This document shows positions 59,321 through 64,000 of a DNA stretch of 64,000 nt, one piece after another. Each line of letters begins with the position of its first letter. Position 1 is the stretch's first letter. Below the pieces are notes generated by a model, which was given only the letters and a program-made list of their open reading frames with translations, had not been told where the DNA came from and ran no database searches. A program made the position numbers and the translations under genes. The stretch is from Anaeromyces robustus (lineage: Eukaryota). The stretch spans positions 1 through 64,000 of the forward strand of contig MCFG01000228.1 in NCBI GenBank assembly GCA_002104895.1, given 5' to 3'.

Positions 59321-61149
59321 AAATATATAAAAACAAAAAATAAAAGGTAATAATTAAATTAATAAATAATTAAATAAATAAATTAATAAAAATTAAATTG
59401 AACATTATAATAACTTTTAATAACTTTTAGTATAAAATATAAAAATATTAAAAAAAACAATTTCAGAAATAACAAATTCTTTTTTTTTTAACTCTATTTC
59501 AATAAATATATTATATCCAAATATTATTAATTATGATTTTGATATTTAAAATTTTACCAATTTTTCTGTTGATACTTTTAATTTAATTAAAGTTTAATTT
59601 AATTCATCCGAAAAATTATATAATTTTTACTGCAGAGTTTCTTTTATTTTTTATTTTTTTTTTTTTTTTTTTTTTATTAAAAAAAGTTACATCTACTTTC
59701 CATTTTTTAAAATTTTATAAAGATAAAAAAAAAAGAAAATATATATTTTAATAACTTACTTATGATGTTATTTAGGATTAAAAATTTTATTATATAAAAA
59801 CTGAAAAAATTACTTCAAATATATATTTATATATATTGAGTTTTTTAAGATAAAGAGAAGAAAAAGGAAATAAATAATAAATTTATTAAGTAAATAATAA
59901 ATTACAAATAAATAATAAATAATAATTATAATAAAAATAATTATAATAATTAACAAAAATAATAATAATGATGACAAATAATAAATAAAAAATAAATAAA
60001 TAATTATTTAACAATAATAAATTATAAATACTAATTTGAATTAAAAATAGAGTCTTCAATAAAAGAAAAAAAAAAAAAAAAAAAAGATGTGGAAAAAGAT
60101 ATTGATTATCAAATTAAAATTCTATTTAATAATAAATATTTAAAAAGAAAATGATATTTTTATATCAATAAGTAAACCAAATTTAAAAAAAAAAAAAAAT
60201 ACAAAAAATGACATTTAATACGTCAAAACATTATTATGATTATTTTTGGAACAATCAGTAAAAGTAAATATAAATTTTCCAATATTGAAATAGTTATTGG
60301 AAATTTTATAAAAAAAAATTATTTATAATAATATTATTGATATTTACGATATTTATCGGGGAATTTATTTATAAACATTTTATTTAAATATTATATATAT
60401 ATATATTGATATATTATTTATAATAATAATAAATGAATATTATTAATTATTAATATTAGTGCTAATATTAATACCCCGCCCAACTAATACATGGAAAATC
60501 TTAGAAGAAAAAAAAACATTTAATAAATGTCTTAAACATAAAACATAAAACATAAAATAAACACAAATTTTTTTTTCCTATAGACACCCATAAAGAAACA
60601 ATAATATTAGTATTAGTAATAGAAAAAAAAATTAACAAATTAAATTCATTCCAATATTAATTTGGTCAAAGATAATTAAAATGTTACACATGAACTTAAA
60701 AAATGTTACACAATTATACATAAATATATATAAAAAAGAAAAAAGAAAAAAAAAGAAATATGTGGACAAAACTAAATAAACCATATTTTACATAATAAAT
60801 ATAATTTCAATTACTATAAAAGGTAGTTCCAATTAATAATAAATAATAATATAATTAATTGTTATATATTATAAATTACTTTAATATACAGAATTAGAAA
60901 TATAAAAGTATAAAAAAAGTTTTATGTTTTATTACCTTTTTTATTTCATAATTATTGTATTTTCTAATAATATAAAAAAAAGGAAATAATTAATTGAAAA
61001 TTTATTATTAATTTATTTGTGTTTGCTTTAATATTAAAAAATATATTATATAATAATTTATTATAATTATAATATAAAATAATATAATAAGATAGTATAT
61101 TATTTTATATTATACTATATTATATTATAATATATATTATAGTTTATTG

Positions 61150-61183
<34 letters not shown>

Positions 61184-61377
61184 TATTTTATTTCATTTTT
61201 TTTTTATAATCCTTCTCTTTTTTTTTTTTTCTTTTTTTTTTTTGTTTTTAAAAGATGAAATAATGGAAAAACTATATTATAATATATATATATATATATA
61301 CACATATTTTTCAACTATATAATATAAAAATAAATAAAGAATAAAAATAAAAGATATTAAAATTTAATAAAAAAAAA

Positions 61378-62646
61378 ATGCGTTCATTAGTAGATATTCT
61401 TGAAGACCAATATCCTTCAATTTGGGATAATTATAATAAAATTTTCTCCACAGGAATTAATTCAATTTATTTTTTATGGACTATTTTAGTTTTTATTATT
61501 ATAAGTGGCAATAAATCAAAAAACCTAGTACTTTATTTAATTGTTTTTGTTTTTACATTTAATTACATAGGCTTGTTAATTAATGCAAATGCTTCAATAA
61601 TCTTCCCAAAACAATATAAAGAATATGGATATGAATATTCTAGTAATGAAAGTTATTTGTGGGGTCATTTTTTATCACGTCTGTTTTTTTATATTGGTAA
61701 TATAATAGGTGATTGGTATCTTTTAATTAGAACAAGAAGTTTTGTAAAGTCTAATAGAAGAATAATATGGGTATTTATAACATGTATACTTTATAATATG
61801 GCAACACTAATAAAAATATATATTAATTTTAAATATACCCCATTTAAAAATAATTTTGACCCTGTAAACGATAAACTTGATTATTATACACGTAAATTAG
61901 AATATAAAAAAAATAAATGGATTTGCGATTTATTTGTTCAATTAGCTAGTTTATGTTATGATGTTGCTGTTCTAATAACTTTAAAAAGAAAAGTTTTCAT
62001 TAATTTTAATTATGACAATATTATTAAAGGAAAAACAAAGGGAAATATTCTAATATTAAAATTTCAACGATTATCAGAATATCGTATATATTTAACAATT
62101 TTATTTTCACTTTTTGCCTCTCCATTAATACTTTTATTTTGCTTTAAATTATTAAGAGGTTTAAACCTCAGTAATGACATAAATCCTAAAGATAAAATAA
62201 AATATATTAAAGATTATTGTAATGATAATGAAATTGAAGATATAAGAAGAGCTTTTATGAATTTAACTTATATCCTTATCTTTGTTGATCAAATCATGCT
62301 TAAATATATAACTACAAAAAATAATAACCAACCTACGGATTCAAGAAATTATATAATTAATACTTATAGTAATAATGATGATGATAGAGAAATTAATAAT
62401 AATAATAATAGTAGTAGTAGATATAAGAAATATTATAATAATAAAAATTATGAAGATATTGAAAATCAAAGTTTAATTAGCGACAATATTAACAATTATA
62501 TTAATTTTAATAATAATAATAAACTAATGAATGAAATTAATAACAATAAAAATTATAATAATAAAATATCTATAAATTTTGATAATAATGGTGGTAATAA
62601 TTATAATAATTATTATGATAATAACCATTTTATTTACAAATATTAA
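61378..62646 (+). CDS. Intronless multi-pass membrane protein (about 7 TM) with an Asn-rich C-terminal tail, 422 aa
   Basis: Seven hydrophobic segments by eye: SIYFLWTILVFIII; LVLYLIVFVFTFNYIGLLI; FLSRLFFYIGNIIGDWYLLI; IIWVFITCILYNMATLI; LFVQLASLCYDVAVLITL; IYLTILFSLFASPLILLFCF; FMNLTYILIFVDQIML. Confidence 0.8.
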   Translation: MRSLVDILEDQYPSIWDNYNKIFSTGINSIYFLWTILVFIIISGNKSKNLVLYLIVFVFTFNYIGLLINANASIIFPKQYKEYGYEYSSNESYLWGHFLSRLFFYIGNIIGDWYLLIRTRSFVKSNRRIIWVFITCILYNMATLIKIYINFKYTPFKNNFDPVNDKLDYYTRKLEYKKNKWICDLFVQLASLCYDVAVLITLKRKVFINFNYDNIIKGKTKGNILILKFQRLSEYRIYLTILFSLFASPLILLFCFKLLRGLNLSNDINPKDKIKYIKDYCNDNEIEDIRRAFMNLTYILIFVDQIMLKYITTKNNNQPTDSRNYIINTYSNNDDDREINNNNNSSSRYKKYYNNKNYEDIENQSLISDNINNYINFNNNNKLMNEINNNKNYNNKISINFDNNGGNNYNNYYDNNHFIYKY

Positions 62647-63249
62647 TAATGATAGATAATAATATATAATAATATAAATTATTTAAAATAATAATAATAA
62701 AATATACATATACATTTTAATAATAATAATAATAATAATAATAATTAAATTTCTTTTAATTTATTAATAAAAATTTATATTAATATTATTGATATTACTA
62801 TTATTAATGAGATAAAAGAATAAAATAGGAAAAATAAAAAAAAGATTAATTTATATTTTATAATTTTACTATATTTTTTATTTAATAAAATATAATATAA
62901 AATATAAAATATAAAATATAAAATATAAAATATAAATTTTTAAACTAGTGTAAATAAATAGAAATAAATAAAATAAACAAAAAAAAAAAAAAAAAATAAA
63001 TAAGGTTTTGTTATTGTTTTAAATTGAATGATATTTACAATTTAATGTTTAATTTGTGTTACAATTATTAATGTATTAAATTAAATGTATTATTCTGATT
63101 TATTTTTTCTTTATTCTAAAAATTTTTAGAATTAATTTTTCCTTATTTAAACAAACTTAATGATTATAGTTAATTTTTGATATTATTGATTATTGACATA
63201 CTTCATTTATTTGTAATTATAATAAGCCTATTGTTTTTTAAAAATATTA

Positions 63250-64000
63250 TAAAAATTTATTTTAAGCATGTAGTACAGATATAACATATCAAAGTATGGT
63301 AACTACATGATATTTTAAAGAAATGGTACCATTACCCAATAATAGTAATACGTTTAGATTTATTGTAAAATGTTTTAATAATAATAAAAAATAGGTTCAT
63401 TAAATAAAATAATTCAGAGATTTCTTTAATAAATCAACCATCTTCATATTTTCTAATGTATCATTATCATCTTAATAGAAGTAATTCTGTTTAATTTCCA
63501 ACAATGAAACCGAATATGTGATAAAATTTATTGAACATATTCAATTTATTTTTACTTTATTTCTTATTTTTAATTATTTATAATTAGCAAATCTAATGGA
63601 ACTTCAAAGGTATAAATTTTTTTAACAATATCGTCACACATACCCATCACTAATTTAGATTTATTACCATCAGATACCTTTTTATACACAAATTCATGTT
63701 ACTTTATGACTTGAAATAACTTCCTCTTTTAGTATTTTATAATATTAAAAAAATGATAGTTATTTACATTATCGCATTTTACATAAGTTGAAATATCACC
63801 ATCATATTCAGTACAGGACCATACAAACATTTTCAGTATATTTAATGTATATCCATATTGGTCAAGAATTTAGAGAAGAATTTATTATAGTAGTAGTAAT
63901 AGTTTAGATACTTCCCATATTAATTATTTTTTATCATTTCAATAACATTCGTTTGGAGCTTAATTTTGAATGTGATAAAAGAAAAGTCAAATAACCGTTA
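63250..64000 (-). pseudogene. Degenerate coding-like relic (pseudogene or decayed mobile-element fragment) running off the window edge
   Basis: Complex sequence with higher GC than the flanks. A minus frame reads LDQYGYTLNILKMFVWSCTEYDGDISTYVKCDNVNNYHFFNIIKY*KRKLFQVIK*HEFVYKKVSDGNKSKLVMGMCDDIVKKIYTFEVPLDLL, with stops. Family not identified. Confidence 0.4.

Overview
Extremely AT-rich, intron-rich eukaryotic DNA with GT-AG introns and many poly-A, (TTA)n and (TTTA)n tracts. The composition plus two flagellar genes suggests a zoosporic anaerobic gut fungus (Neocallimastigomycota); this is inference. I reconstructed 11 protein-coding genes by manual splicing: (1) an intronless secreted protein with 16 six-Cys modules fused to a phage-tail-type lysozyme domain; (2) an ARM-repeat protein with a BC-box-like motif and a C-terminal Cys cluster; (3) DYNC2LI1; (4) a RUN/coiled-coil protein; (5) an otubain; (6) a TatD DNase; (7) a membrane-anchored acidic protein with an internal F-box-like motif; (8) DRC10/IQCD; (9) a DUF1308/C7orf25-like protein; (10) an alpha/beta-hydrolase-tyrosine phosphatase fusion; (11) an intronless 7TM protein. 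The window also holds a decayed upstream duplicate of gene 11, a degenerate coding relic at the right edge, several repeats and some hairpins. The most notable item is the secreted Cys-array/lysozyme chimera at 89-3364, a candidate antibacterial effector. Family calls come from recognising motifs by eye, not from database searches, and exon boundaries are manual estimates.
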